A DNA stretch of 64,000 nt from a bacterium. GTDB taxonomy: Bacteria > UBA8248. Location: positions 3,648,001-3,712,000 of the forward strand of contig OZ242260.1 in NCBI GenBank assembly GCA_965207065.1, in the 5' to 3' direction. Under the pieces are notes generated by a model. The model did no database searches and was not told where the DNA came from. It saw only the letters and a program-made list of their open reading frames with translations. Numbering within the stretch: position 1 is the first letter of the stretch; each line of letters starts with the position of its first letter. Below are positions 20,231-29,035 of the stretch, one piece after another. A program made the translations under genes and the position numbers.

Positions 20231-20259
20231 AAAAAAATGGGCCATCAATTGACCCACTT
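20231..20259 (-). promoter_or_regulatory. rimP leader hairpin (terminator/attenuator-like)
   Basis: Minus strand AAGTGGGTC-AATTGAT-GGCCCATT followed by a T-run just upstream of rimP. A similar hairpin is a known conserved feature of rimP leaders. Confidence 0.6.
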
Positions 20260-20522
20260 ACTCAACAGTCAAAATCATCGATACTTTAATCGCCATTAAA
20301 GCAAAGCGCAAGTGTAATAACTTCTTTGTATTACATGAGGTAATTCTTGCTCGAAGAAATGGGGCGTGTTAAATTCTGCCGAATTGAGCGAATATACTAT
20401 TCTGAAACATAACGAACGGCGAATCATCTTTGCATTTTGTTCGAAGAAACGCCGCGGGTTGCCTTGCCCAAAGATAGAGTTGTCTCCTGGTTAGGCATAT
20501 TCATCAGAGAAGAGTTAAATCC

Positions 20523-21494
20523 ATGATTCGATTAACCAAAGTCAAGTCTCTGTGGATTTACGAAACGATGGTCCGCATTCGAAGGTTCGAGGAGCGTTCC
20601 ATTGAACTATTCCAGGCAGGGGAATTGCCGGGTTTTCTCCATGCCTACATCGGCGAAGAAGCCGTCGCCGCCGGGGTGTGTGCTCACCTAACCCCTAAAG
20701 ACCAGATCACATCTACACACCGCGGCCATGGGCACATGATTGCCAAGGGGCTCGAATACAAGGGCATGTTCGCCGAGTTGTACGCTCGCGCGACCGGTTA
20801 TTGCAAAGGGAAAGGAGGCTCCATGCACATCGCCGACCAGGACTTGGGTGCGCTGGGTGCGAATGGCATTGTGGGCGGAGGAATCCCTATCGCTACGGGA
20901 GCCGCTTTGGGGCTTCAGTTGAAGGGTGAAAAACATGTCGCCGTCAGTTTTTTTGGCGACGGGGCCAGCAATGAAGGCGCTTTCCATGAAGGTATCAACA
21001 TCGCTGCTACCTGGAAGCTGCCTGCCGTATTTGTGTGCGAGAACAACGGATTTGCCGAAAGCACGCCTCGCGCCACCCACCAGGCGGTTCAGGACATCGC
21101 GGATCGAGCAAAGGCTTACGGTATGCCCGGTATTGTTGTCGATGGTATGGACCCTCAAGCCGTATACGAAGTGGCAGGTGAAGCGATTGCGCGCGCACGC
21201 AAAGGGCGAGGACCTACGCTGATCGAAGCGAAAACAATGCGTTTCCTGGGCCATTACGTGGGCGACCCGGGCACCGCTTACGGACATGACAAAGAGGTGG
21301 GCAAGTGGCTCAAGCGTGACCCGCTCATCACATTTGCCGAAACACTCAAGCAGAAAAAATGGCTGAGCAAGAAAAGTATCGAAGCCATCCATGCGATCGT
21401 GAACAATGAGATGGAAGAGGCCATCGAATTCGCCCGGAAAAGCCCGGAACCCGATCTTGATGACGCCATGACCGACATCTACGCATCCGTTTAG
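20523..21494 (+). CDS. TPP-dependent pyruvate/acetoin dehydrogenase E1 alpha
   Basis: GFLHAYIGEEA, STHRGHGH, GKGGSMH, FFGDGASNEG...CENN. Confidence 0.92.
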   Translation: MIRLTKVKSLWIYETMVRIRRFEERSIELFQAGELPGFLHAYIGEEAVAAGVCAHLTPKDQITSTHRGHGHMIAKGLEYKGMFAELYARATGYCKGKGGSMHIADQDLGALGANGIVGGGIPIATGAALGLQLKGEKHVAVSFFGDGASNEGAFHEGINIAATWKLPAVFVCENNGFAESTPRATHQAVQDIADRAKAYGMPGIVVDGMDPQAVYEVAGEAIARARKGRGPTLIEAKTMRFLGHYVGDPGTAYGHDKEVGKWLKRDPLITFAETLKQKKWLSKKSIEAIHAIVNNEMEEAIEFARKSPEPDLDDAMTDIYASV

Positions 21495-21504
21495 GAAAAG
21501 GGAA

Positions 21505-22485
21505 ATGCGCGAGATATTATACCGAGAAGCTATCATCGAGGCCATGGATGAGGAAATGGCGAGGGATGATTCGGTTTTCCTGCTCGGAGAGGATATTGCC
21601 GAATTCGGCGGCTCATACAAGACGACAGTGGGGCTACTGAGCAAATATGGCGCTGAGAGGGTGAGGAATACTCCCATCTCGGAGCAAGGAATCATCGGCG
21701 CCGCCCTTGGGGCTGCGCTCGTCGGCATGCGGCCTGTGGCGGAGTTGATGTATATCGATTTTTCCGCTGTCGCTATGGATCAAATCGTCAACCAGGTCGC
21801 CAAGGTCCGCTATATGTTTGGGGGGAAAGCGAACACTTCGCTCGTCATCAGAACCCAAGGCGGCGCGGGACGCAGCTCCGCCGCCCAGCACGCGCAAAGC
21901 CTGGAGGCGTGGTTCGTTCACGTGCCTGGCCTCAAAGTGGTCATGCCCTCCAGCGCGCGTGACGCAAAAGGCCTTTTGAAAGCGGCTATCAGGGATGACG
22001 ACCCGGTATTTTTCATCGAACACAAGCTCCTTTATCTGGAAAGAGGCATTGTTCCCGAGGAAGAGGAAGTGATCCCCATCGGCGTCGCTGAGGTGAAAAA
22101 AGAGGGAAAAGACCTCACGATTGTCGCTACCTCCTCCATGGTCGGAAAATCACTTGTCGCGGCGGAGGAACTTGAAAAAGAAGGAGTACGCTGCGAGGTC
22201 ATCGACCCCAGAACGCTTTTCCCCCTGGATACGGAGACGATACTCGCCTCTGTCCGCAAAACGGGCCGGCTCCTCATCACACATGAGGCGGTGCAGCGTT
22301 GCGGCTGGGGGGCGGAAATCGCCGCCCTGGCCGCAAAAGAAGCTTTTGATTACCTGGACGCGCCCATTGAACGCGTCTGCGCCAAGGAAACACCGGTGCC
22401 TTTTTCGCCCAAACTCGAATCCTATGTCATACCCGACAAAGATGACGTAATCGCCGGGGTTCGTGGTATGTTAGAGACTGTATAA
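21505..22485 (+). CDS. Pyruvate/acetoin dehydrogenase E1 beta
   Basis: LGEDI, RVRNTPISE, AAQHAQS, VIDPRTL.PLD. Confidence 0.92.
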   Translation: MREILYREAIIEAMDEEMARDDSVFLLGEDIAEFGGSYKTTVGLLSKYGAERVRNTPISEQGIIGAALGAALVGMRPVAELMYIDFSAVAMDQIVNQVAKVRYMFGGKANTSLVIRTQGGAGRSSAAQHAQSLEAWFVHVPGLKVVMPSSARDAKGLLKAAIRDDDPVFFIEHKLLYLERGIVPEEEEVIPIGVAEVKKEGKDLTIVATSSMVGKSLVAAEELEKEGVRCEVIDPRTLFPLDTETILASVRKTGRLLITHEAVQRCGWGAEIAALAAKEAFDYLDAPIERVCAKETPVPFSPKLESYVIPDKDDVIAGVRGMLETV

Positions 22486-22521
22486 CTTCAAAACACATCC
22501 AATTCTTAGGAGCAAAGATTC

Positions 22522-23772
22522 ATGGCCACTCCCCTCCCGATGCCTAAACTCGGCCTCACCATGGAAGAAGGAACTATCCTCAAGTGGCGAAAGGACGAGG
22601 GTGAAGCGGTCGAAAAGGGCGAGATCATCCTCGACATCCAGACCGACAAGGTCGAATACGAGGTCGAATCGCCGGACGGCGGCCTCCTGCTCAAAACACT
22701 GGCGGGAGAAGGCGACGTCGTTCCCTGCGGGACGGACATTGCCGTTATCGGCGAGGCGGGAGAGGATACCAGCAGCTTTGGAAGCACTCCCGCACAGGCC
22801 TCTGCGGAACCCGAACCTTCGGCGACGGAAGCGCCCGCGACGCCAACGCCCGCACTTGCGCCAACCCCTGCTCCGCCAGCATCTATGGCAGCTCAACCCG
22901 CGCCCACGGGCCGGGTATTTGCCAGTCCGGCCGCCAGGCGCGTGGCCCGCGAACTCGGAATCGACTACCGCGCGCTCAACGGCTCAGGCCCCGGCGGGAG
23001 AATCGTACAGGCCGACGTAAGAGCGGCAGCGGCATCGGGCCTTCCCGCTGCACCGGTCGCCGCTGCGAGCGGCCCTGCGGCCGTGGCGGGTTCAACGCCC
23101 CTGGCCGGGATGCGGAAAATCATTGCCGATCGCATGCTCTCGAGTTGGTCCCAGGTGCCGCGCATCACCATGCAGGCCGAGGTGGACCTCACGAACCTCC
23201 TCGCCGTGCGCGAGGCCAGCCGCCAGGCGTGGGAAAACGACCTCGGCGTCAAGGTGTCCATCAACGATCTCATCCTCTTCTACACCGCCCGCGCCGTACG
23301 TCGCTGTCCGGCCGTGAATGTTCGCCTCGGCGATAACGCTCTGGAACAAATGCAGGACGTGAACATCGGCGTGGCCGTCGCCGTCGAGCAGGGGCTGATG
23401 GTGCCCGTCATACGGGGCGCTGATCAGAAATCGATCGACGCCATCTCGCGCGAGTCGCGAGCGCTGGCCGAAGCGGCCCGCGCGGGCGCCTTGGGGCTGG
23501 ATGCGCTGGAAGGCGGCACTTTCACGGTCTCGAATCTGGGAGCGTACGGGGTCGACCATTTCAGCGCCATCATCAACCACCCCGAATCCGCCATCCTCTC
23601 GGTCGGCGCGGCGCGAGAGCGCGCCGTCGTGCGAAACGGCGAGGTCGTGGCCCGGACGACGGCCTTCGTCGGCATCAACGCCGACCACCGACTGGTGGAC
23701 GGTGCGCCGGCGGCCGAGTTCCTCTCCACGCTCAAGGAGATGCTCGAGCATCCCAAGGTGATGCCCGCATAA
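22522..23772 (+). CDS. Dihydrolipoamide acyltransferase E2
   Basis: Lipoyl domain (TDKVEYEVESP), Pro/Ala linker, E3-binding domain SPAARR...GSGPGGRI, catalytic DHRLVDG. Confidence 0.93.
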   Translation: MATPLPMPKLGLTMEEGTILKWRKDEGEAVEKGEIILDIQTDKVEYEVESPDGGLLLKTLAGEGDVVPCGTDIAVIGEAGEDTSSFGSTPAQASAEPEPSATEAPATPTPALAPTPAPPASMAAQPAPTGRVFASPAARRVARELGIDYRALNGSGPGGRIVQADVRAAAASGLPAAPVAAASGPAAVAGSTPLAGMRKIIADRMLSSWSQVPRITMQAEVDLTNLLAVREASRQAWENDLGVKVSINDLILFYTARAVRRCPAVNVRLGDNALEQMQDVNIGVAVAVEQGLMVPVIRGADQKSIDAISRESRALAEAARAGALGLDALEGGTFTVSNLGAYGVDHFSAIINHPESAILSVGAARERAVVRNGEVVARTTAFVGINADHRLVDGAPAAEFLSTLKEMLEHPKVMPA

Positions 23773-23835
23773 ACGGCAACCCTTTTTATTTCTGAACCTT
23801 ATAACAGTTTATTCAACCAGTTTATATTTTCATTT

Positions 23836-24100
23836 ATTTACCGGAAAATCCCGTGAATTTATCTATATTTATCGAATTGTTCGGGAATTCCCTGACGGTC
23901 CGTCCCGGGATCGATTTCGGTTCGCCGAGCCGGGGAGAAGAAGAACCTCCTGGCTGAAGATTTGCTGTTGTTCCGATCCGAATCTGAATCGTCCTTTCCA
24001 TTTTCTCCCCTGCTCTCATCCACGAGAACACTCACGTTCGCGCGCGGGATTCTCGCCCATCCCGACGAAAAACCGCCGGCGGCAAATGCGGGCAAATGCG
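23836..24100. repeat. Second copy of the 10-bp-period repeat modules
   Basis: 23836-23890 is a near reverse complement of 5489-5544. GGCAAATGCGGGCAAATGCG at 24081-24100 is identical to 5699-5718. Confidence 0.6.
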
Positions 24101-24396
24101 CGCCCGACGACGAGCCATGCGAAATGAGAATTCATGAACATTCGGTGGCGTGGGCTCAGCACATTAGATTTGCATCGGCTGACGACCGCGAGCCCTCCTT
24201 TTCGCAGGGCTCGCGGACAGGCATTGTCTCCTTATTGGCCTGCGCAATCCCACCCTCGGCAGCCGAAATTGACCCCGTTTACCTCTCCTCGCATCGTGTT
24301 GTATGATGATTTGCGTTGTGGCGCGCGTCTTGGAGCCGCCCATGATTCGAGAATATCCCGCCCCCCGGAGAGCCCGGGTCAATCAGGAGACTGGCA

Positions 24397-24807
24397 ATGG
24401 CCGAGACAGTTCGGGAAGTACCCTACTACTACATCAACGCTTCGAACAAACCGGGAGAGGGCGCCGCCCTCGCCGAGCTTTTCAAGGATGCGGGCGTCAG
24501 CCTGCTGGCGATGCACGCCTTCCCCTCGCGCAGGCGGGTCCAGGTCGATTTCGTTCCCGAGGACGCGCGGGCATTCACCTCCTTCGCGCGCAAGGCGAAG
24601 CTCAAGCTCAGCCCCCGGAAAAAGGCCTTTCTCGTCGAGGGCACGGACCGCACCGGGGCGCTCGTGCCGGTTTTCACCAAACTCGCCGAAGCAGACATCA
24701 ACATCACCGCCATCACGGCCATCGCAGCGGGTAAAAAGCGCTACGGCGCCATCTTGTGGGTGAATCCCAAGGACCAGCGCAGGGCCAAGCGAGCGCTGGG
24801 GGCGTAA
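24397..24807 (+). CDS. Tandem ACT-domain protein
   Basis: NKPGEGA and DRTGAL...KLAEADINI ACT signatures; AGGAG RBS. Confidence 0.75.
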   Translation: MAETVREVPYYYINASNKPGEGAALAELFKDAGVSLLAMHAFPSRRRVQVDFVPEDARAFTSFARKAKLKLSPRKKAFLVEGTDRTGALVPVFTKLAEADINITAITAIAAGKKRYGAILWVNPKDQRRAKRALGA

Positions 24808-24839
24808 ACCCGACCGAGGAGGCAGGGTACCGGAACTCC

Positions 24840-24898
24840 GTAGGGACAACCCCCTGTGGTTGTCCTCCGTCAGGACAGGCGCGGGGGCCTGTCCCTAC
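24840..24898. repeat. GTAG-type REP doublet
   Basis: GTAGGGACAACCCCTGTGGTTGTCC ... GGACAGGCGCGGGGGCCTGTCCCTAC, similar to about 3305-3349 and 5267-5292. Confidence 0.8.
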
Positions 24899-24932
24899 GT
24901 TGCTTTTGCGGATTGAACGATACGCCTGACTC

Positions 24933-25406
24933 TCACCCCTGCCCCAACGCCAACTCCATGAAAACCACACCCTCCACGGGAGTTTCGTCGTAAGGGACGA
25001 TTTCCCTGAAGACCATGGAGCGGTAAAGAGCGATGGCCGCGCGCATGGCGGGCAGCGTATGGAGCCGCACCGAGGCGTAGCCCATCTCCTTTGCCGCACG
25101 AACTATTTCCTCCGCGCACTTTCTCCCCAGCCCCCGTCCCCTGAAACCGGGCCGCACATAGAGACGCTTCATCTCACAGGTTTTTCCTCCTGAATCCACA
25201 AGGGCGACGCAACCGGCGGTCTCCTCCTCCACGCGGAGTAAAAGAAATCTCCCGCCAGGCGGACCGTACATCTGCTCGAGGCTTTCGAGTTCTTCGGGAA
25301 AACCCTGAAAACACAGGTCGATTCCGAGATCGGCCTCGTACTCGCGCAGCAAGTCTGCAGCCAAGCGGTAGATTTCTTTCGTCTCTGCGATAATGAATTC
25401 GGGCAT
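24933..25406 (-). CDS. GNAT family N-acetyltransferase
   Basis: DLCFQGF..EL, GCVAL, CEMKRLYVRP.FRGRGLG, A..LY. Confidence 0.9.
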   Translation of the reverse strand: MPEFIIAETKEIYRLAADLLREYEADLGIDLCFQGFPEELESLEQMYGPPGGRFLLLRVEEETAGCVALVDSGGKTCEMKRLYVRPGFRGRGLGRKCAEEIVRAAKEMGYASVRLHTLPAMRAAIALYRSMVFREIVPYDETPVEGVVFMELALGQG

Positions 25407-25603
25407 TCTAAGACTGCCTCCTTATACTCCCATCCTACAGTGAGCGGGGCGGTTCGTGAATCACCCTAAGAACGGCTCAGGAGCATTAGCCCAAAATATG
25501 TAGCGGACAAGCCCCTGCACCTGTCCGAGGGCGCGACCTGCCCATACCAGAGGAGAGTTCGCAGGGGGTGACCCATTTCTACCTTCGCTTCTTTGCCTTT
25601 GTT

Positions 25604-25740
25604 CGTCATTCCGGCGAATGCCGGAATCCAGAACCGATGAGAGGAATAATCAACGGCAATTCCATCCCTTCATACAACTCGTACAAGACACAAAAGAGAA
25701 AAAACAAAATCTCTGGATTCCGGCATTCACCGGGATTACG
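25604..25740. repeat. CGTC-type REP doublet
   Basis: CGTCATTCCGGCGAATGCCGGAATCCAG ... CTGGATTCCGGCATTCACCGGGATTACG; same family as 3371-3397. Confidence 0.78.
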
Positions 25741-25929
25741 GCGGTAAAACCTGATTCTTCTTTCTGAAGAATCGCCCCTCCCCGGTCGCGTCGAACACTC
25801 ATCCATCAATCGCGTTTGACCCCTTGCGCATCACACTTTCGGGAACGATATTGAATCACATAGGCGGTCGTTTACTCCTGGCCGCTGACGAGATATGGCG
25901 TAGATGGCCGCAGATCCGGAGGTCACGCC

Positions 25930-26262
25930 ATGAAAAAAACCTTTCTCCTCGGTTGCTTCTTCCTCACCTGGCTCGCATCCGGAGCCCTCTTTCCGTCCGC
26001 TGATGGCGTCATCCCCATCATCGGCGAGGCGCAGGCGCACAAGTTCATGAAGAAAGTATCCACGACCCACTACCGCGAGGCTCTCATGGAGAACCTGAAA
26101 ACCCTGGACGTGGTGCCGGTGCGGACCGGAGATAGCGCCCCGCGCATGAGACGAGCGACACCAGTACACTTCAATCACAATCCGGCTCGAAGAGCCGACG
26201 GATGCATGTCCTGCCACTACCTCCCTTTCGCAAAAGACGAAACCAAAACGAATGGCGGTTGA
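25930..26262 (+). CDS. Small exported protein with one CxxCH heme-binding motif
   Basis: GGAGG RBS, hydrophobic N-terminus ending AQA, PVHFNH...GCMSCH. Confidence 0.6.
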   Translation: MKKTFLLGCFFLTWLASGALFPSADGVIPIIGEAQAHKFMKKVSTTHYREALMENLKTLDVVPVRTGDSAPRMRRATPVHFNHNPARRADGCMSCHYLPFAKDETKTNGG

Positions 26263-26307
26263 GCAGGCGTGATTTAAGTCATCGACAAATCGAGCATTAT
26301 TGTTTTT

Positions 26308-26355
26308 CACTCCCCACTTGAGGGGGTTGTTGAAAAACCCTCAAGGGAGGAATGA
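26308..26355. repeat. Collapsed copy of the MITE/palindrome family
   Basis: CACTCCCCACTTGAGGG-GGTTGTTGAAAAA-CCCTCAAGGGAGGAATGA combines the palindrome arms with one terminal repeat. Confidence 0.6.
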
Positions 26356-26441
26356 TTTCAAGTGATGACGCGGACTCAACCCACGCTTATAATGGGGCAT
26401 CGCCCGGTTGCGGCTCGATTGTAGGAAAGGAGTCCCGGACC

Positions 26442-26777
26442 ATGACGCAAGTCGACGACGCGCTCCTCCAGAAAATGGTGAATACCATCGTGGACGAAGT
26501 CGATCCCGAGCAGGTGATCCTCTTCGGCTCGCGCGCGCGTGGCGATGCAGCGGCGGATTCCGACGTGGATTTCGTGGTGGTGGAAGCGGCGCCTTTTGGC
26601 GATGGCCGGGATAGGCGCGCCGAGACGACGCGGCTTTGGCGCGCACTGGCGGGTTTTGACGTTTCCAAAGACATACTGCTCTTCAGCCGCGACGAGGTGG
26701 AATACTGGCGCGATTCCCTCAACCACGTCCTGGCGCGCGCCCTGCGCGAAGGCGAAATGCTATATGAGCGATCTTGA
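26442..26777 (+). CDS. Minimal nucleotidyltransferase (MNT-type antitoxin)
   Basis: ILFGSRARGDA..DSDVDFVVV, DIL, ALREG..LYE; AAGGAG RBS. Confidence 0.9.
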   Translation: MTQVDDALLQKMVNTIVDEVDPEQVILFGSRARGDAAADSDVDFVVVEAAPFGDGRDRRAETTRLWRALAGFDVSKDILLFSRDEVEYWRDSLNHVLARALREGEMLYERS

Positions 26778-27299
26778 AAGAAGCAATAGAGTGGCTGAGA
26801 GTAATGGAGAGTTGATACAAGCCTTTTGCGCCGCCGTAGGAGAACTCATCCTATGGGGAGCTGCTATAGATTCACAACTCACTAAGGCTGTTATCCGGCT
26901 GTTCTTACTAAAAGAAACCCCGATGCTTGAGTCTGTAATTGCTGAACTACCTACTCGAACCAAAATCGCCCTCCTGCGAGCCGATTCGAGGCAAATCACG
27001 GCTTCCGATTGGCAACAGAAGATAAAGGATTGGGCTAAGCTAGCTGGGAAAGTCAACGATTACCGCAACATTGTGGCCCACCATCAAGTGAAATTCGAAA
27101 ATGAGAAACCCGTTCTTTTTCGTCACAGGCGACAAGACTCTTAAATAGAATCGATGGTTCAAATATACAGCCAGCCCAAAACATAGACGATATTCGTGAG
27201 TGGATAGACACCGCGAAAAAAACAATCATGCAGGGAGAAACACTTCTGCAAAATCTAGATCGGTTTGTTGAGGAATATACGAGACGTCAAACAAGTTAG
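26764..27299 (+). pseudogene. HEPN-like putative RNase toxin, apparently frameshifted near 27116-27120
   Basis: ATG overlaps the MNT end; contains RNIVAH (RxxxxH). The frame stops at 27144, but the -1 frame is open 27105-27299 (SSQATRLLNRIDG...EEYTRRQTS), with a T5 run at the junction. Confidence 0.6.
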
Positions 27300-27411
27300 C
27301 CCCCCTTTTTTCAGTGGCTCTTTTCCACTCTCCATTGATCCCCACCCCTCCTTACGCGAGAATGCACCCTCACTCTCATCCGTTCACGCATCACCAGAAA
27401 GGGATTCCGCT

Positions 27412-28074
27412 ATGCCGATAAATGAAGCCACCGGCCTCTCTCAGGATATGGGCGTCACCGAGGAGATGATGGCCTGCCCCCTCCCCCGGGTGCCTATGAT
27501 CGATCCGGACAACATCCCCGAACACCTGGCCGAAGAACTCGCGCCCCTCTATGAGCGCGGCGTGAAGCGCTGGGGCAAAGTGTCGCGCTTTTTGCGCCTG
27601 CTCGGCTGGGCGCCCGGCTTCGTCGAGGGCTGGCAGATCATGGACGGCAAGCTCAGGGTCCAGCACCGCGACTCCGACCCCGAATACATCCACATGGCCC
27701 AGCTCGTCATCATCAAGACGGCCATCCTGACCGAGTGCAACAACTGACTCGGGCACAACGTCGAGCTCGGTCGGGCTCAGGGCATCGAACAGGAAAAAAT
27801 CAATCTGCTGGAGGGCGACGGCTGGCGGGACAGCGACCTCTTCGACGAAAAGGAAAAAGCCGCCATCAACTGGGCGGAGGAAGTAACGAACCTGACGGCG
27901 AAGGGGAACGACGCGGCCTTCGAGGCCATGCAGAAACATTTCTCCACCGAACAACTCGTCTCGCTGACCCTCATCTGCGGGCTGTGGAACCTGACGGGCC
28001 GCGTGGCCGAGGCCTTACACCTCGTCGTGGAACCCCCGGGCGAGCGCATCGCGTTTCAGGAGGGGAGTGAGTAG
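27412..28074 (+). CDS. AhpD/carboxymuconolactone-decarboxylase-like protein, probable selenoprotein (Sec at TGA 27745-27747)
   Basis: LVIIKTAILTECNN-U-LGH matches the AhpD-like CxxC..H motif. The same frame continues 108 codons with family-typical FDEKEKAAINWAEEVT and HFSTEQLVSLT...WN. Confidence 0.87.
27763..27778 (+). promoter_or_regulatory. Putative bacterial SECIS hairpin
   Basis: Stem GAGCTC/GGGCTC, loop GGTC starting 21 nt after the TGA; extendable by GTC/GGC across an AG bulge. Confidence 0.7.
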
Positions 28075-28155
28075 GGGGAGACAAACCCAATTGGAAGGAA
28101 TTGCAGGGGGCGCTTATATGCGGCCCTTCCCGTCAGACAGGCGGGTCGCCTATTT

Positions 28156-28437
28156 GGGGCTGTTGAAAAGTCACGGGGAGCGAATTTAGTTGCGCGCTTG
28201 CTTTTGAAGTTCACTCCCCCCTTGAGGGGGAGTCGGTGAGGTAAGGGCGCATGCCCACAAGCGAACCGGTGGGGGGTAGAATTCGGAATTGCGATCAAAC
28301 ACGTTTTACCCCCCACCGAATCGGCCTTCGCCCAAGGGCTTGGCCTCTTCGACTCCCCCTCAAGGGGGGAGTAATTCTACTCTCTCATCGGATGGGTTCA
28401 AAAGCTGAATCACGAAATTGGCTTTTTCAACAACCCC
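28156..28437 (+). mobile_element. MITE-like element with internal long palindrome
   Basis: Ends GGGGCTGTTGAAAAG / TTTTTCAACAACCCC. Interior ACTCCCCCCTTGAGGGGGAGTCG...CGACTCCCCCTCAAGGGGGGAGT. Confidence 0.78.
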
Positions 28438-28467
28438 AAATATGGGTCCCTTCCATTTTCATAAAGA

Positions 28468-28653
28468 CTAGGTCAAAGGTATCGGATCCCCTTCTTCCTC
28501 CAAAACCTCGATATAACCCTCAATGGCTTCTCGAATATTCTCTACCGCTTCTTGTTTGGATTGGCCCTGGCTGATGCAACCGGGCAGACTCGGACATTCG
28601 GCGACCCAGAAACCATCTTCTCCGGGCTTGATGATGACCTGTCTCAAGTGCAT
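28468..28653 (-). CDS. hicB: HicB-family antitoxin (short, no hicA adjacent)
   Basis: EDGFWVAECPSLPGCISQG.S..EAVENIREAI. Confidence 0.85.
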   Translation of the reverse strand: MHLRQVIIKPGEDGFWVAECPSLPGCISQGQSKQEAVENIREAIEGYIEVLEEEGDPIPLT

Positions 28654-28707
28654 TCCCCCTCTCGCTTACTTCAGATAAAGAATCGACGTCTGCTTCCTAT
28701 ATGAACA

Positions 28708-28965
28708 TCAACTATTTCCATAATAGGTTGTTCCGGTGATGTATGCCAAAAAAGACAGGAGGATCACTATTAGGATCATAATCGCCAAAATACCAAACCT
28801 TACCCTCAAGTCGATGGTGACCGGAGCTTTGCCTAGTATCCTGTTAGAAAGGCTGAAATCTTCCTCGTCAAACAGGACTTCACCAAATTCCTCCATACTC
28901 TTTCGTCTCTTTTCCTTCAATGCTTCACTCTCTACTAACCACCAAGGATGACTTTCTTTCTTCAT
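28708..28965 (-). CDS. Small hypothetical membrane protein
   Basis: ATG 28965 after GGAGGG; 85 aa with a C-terminal hydrophobic helix; low GC. Confidence 0.5.
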   Translation of the reverse strand: MKKESHPWWLVESEALKEKRRKSMEEFGEVLFDEEDFSLSNRILGKAPVTIDLRVRFGILAIMILIVILLSFLAYITGTTYYGNS

Positions 28966-29035
28966 CGGACTTTCCCTCCTGTCAAAACAAGAGACTAATA
29001 CATTTTGTGAGAGGCAGCCCTGCTGCTTGCAAACC

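Noticed and set aside
13000-20500. parS or dif site explaining the GC valley
   Set aside because: I found no TGTTTCACGTGAAACA-like palindrome and no correctly spaced XerC/XerD arms by eye.
28056-28574. ORFs overlapping the MITEs (also 31561-32090)
   Set aside because: Translations of the repeat element (LPLKGGV, STPPQGG), not independent genes.
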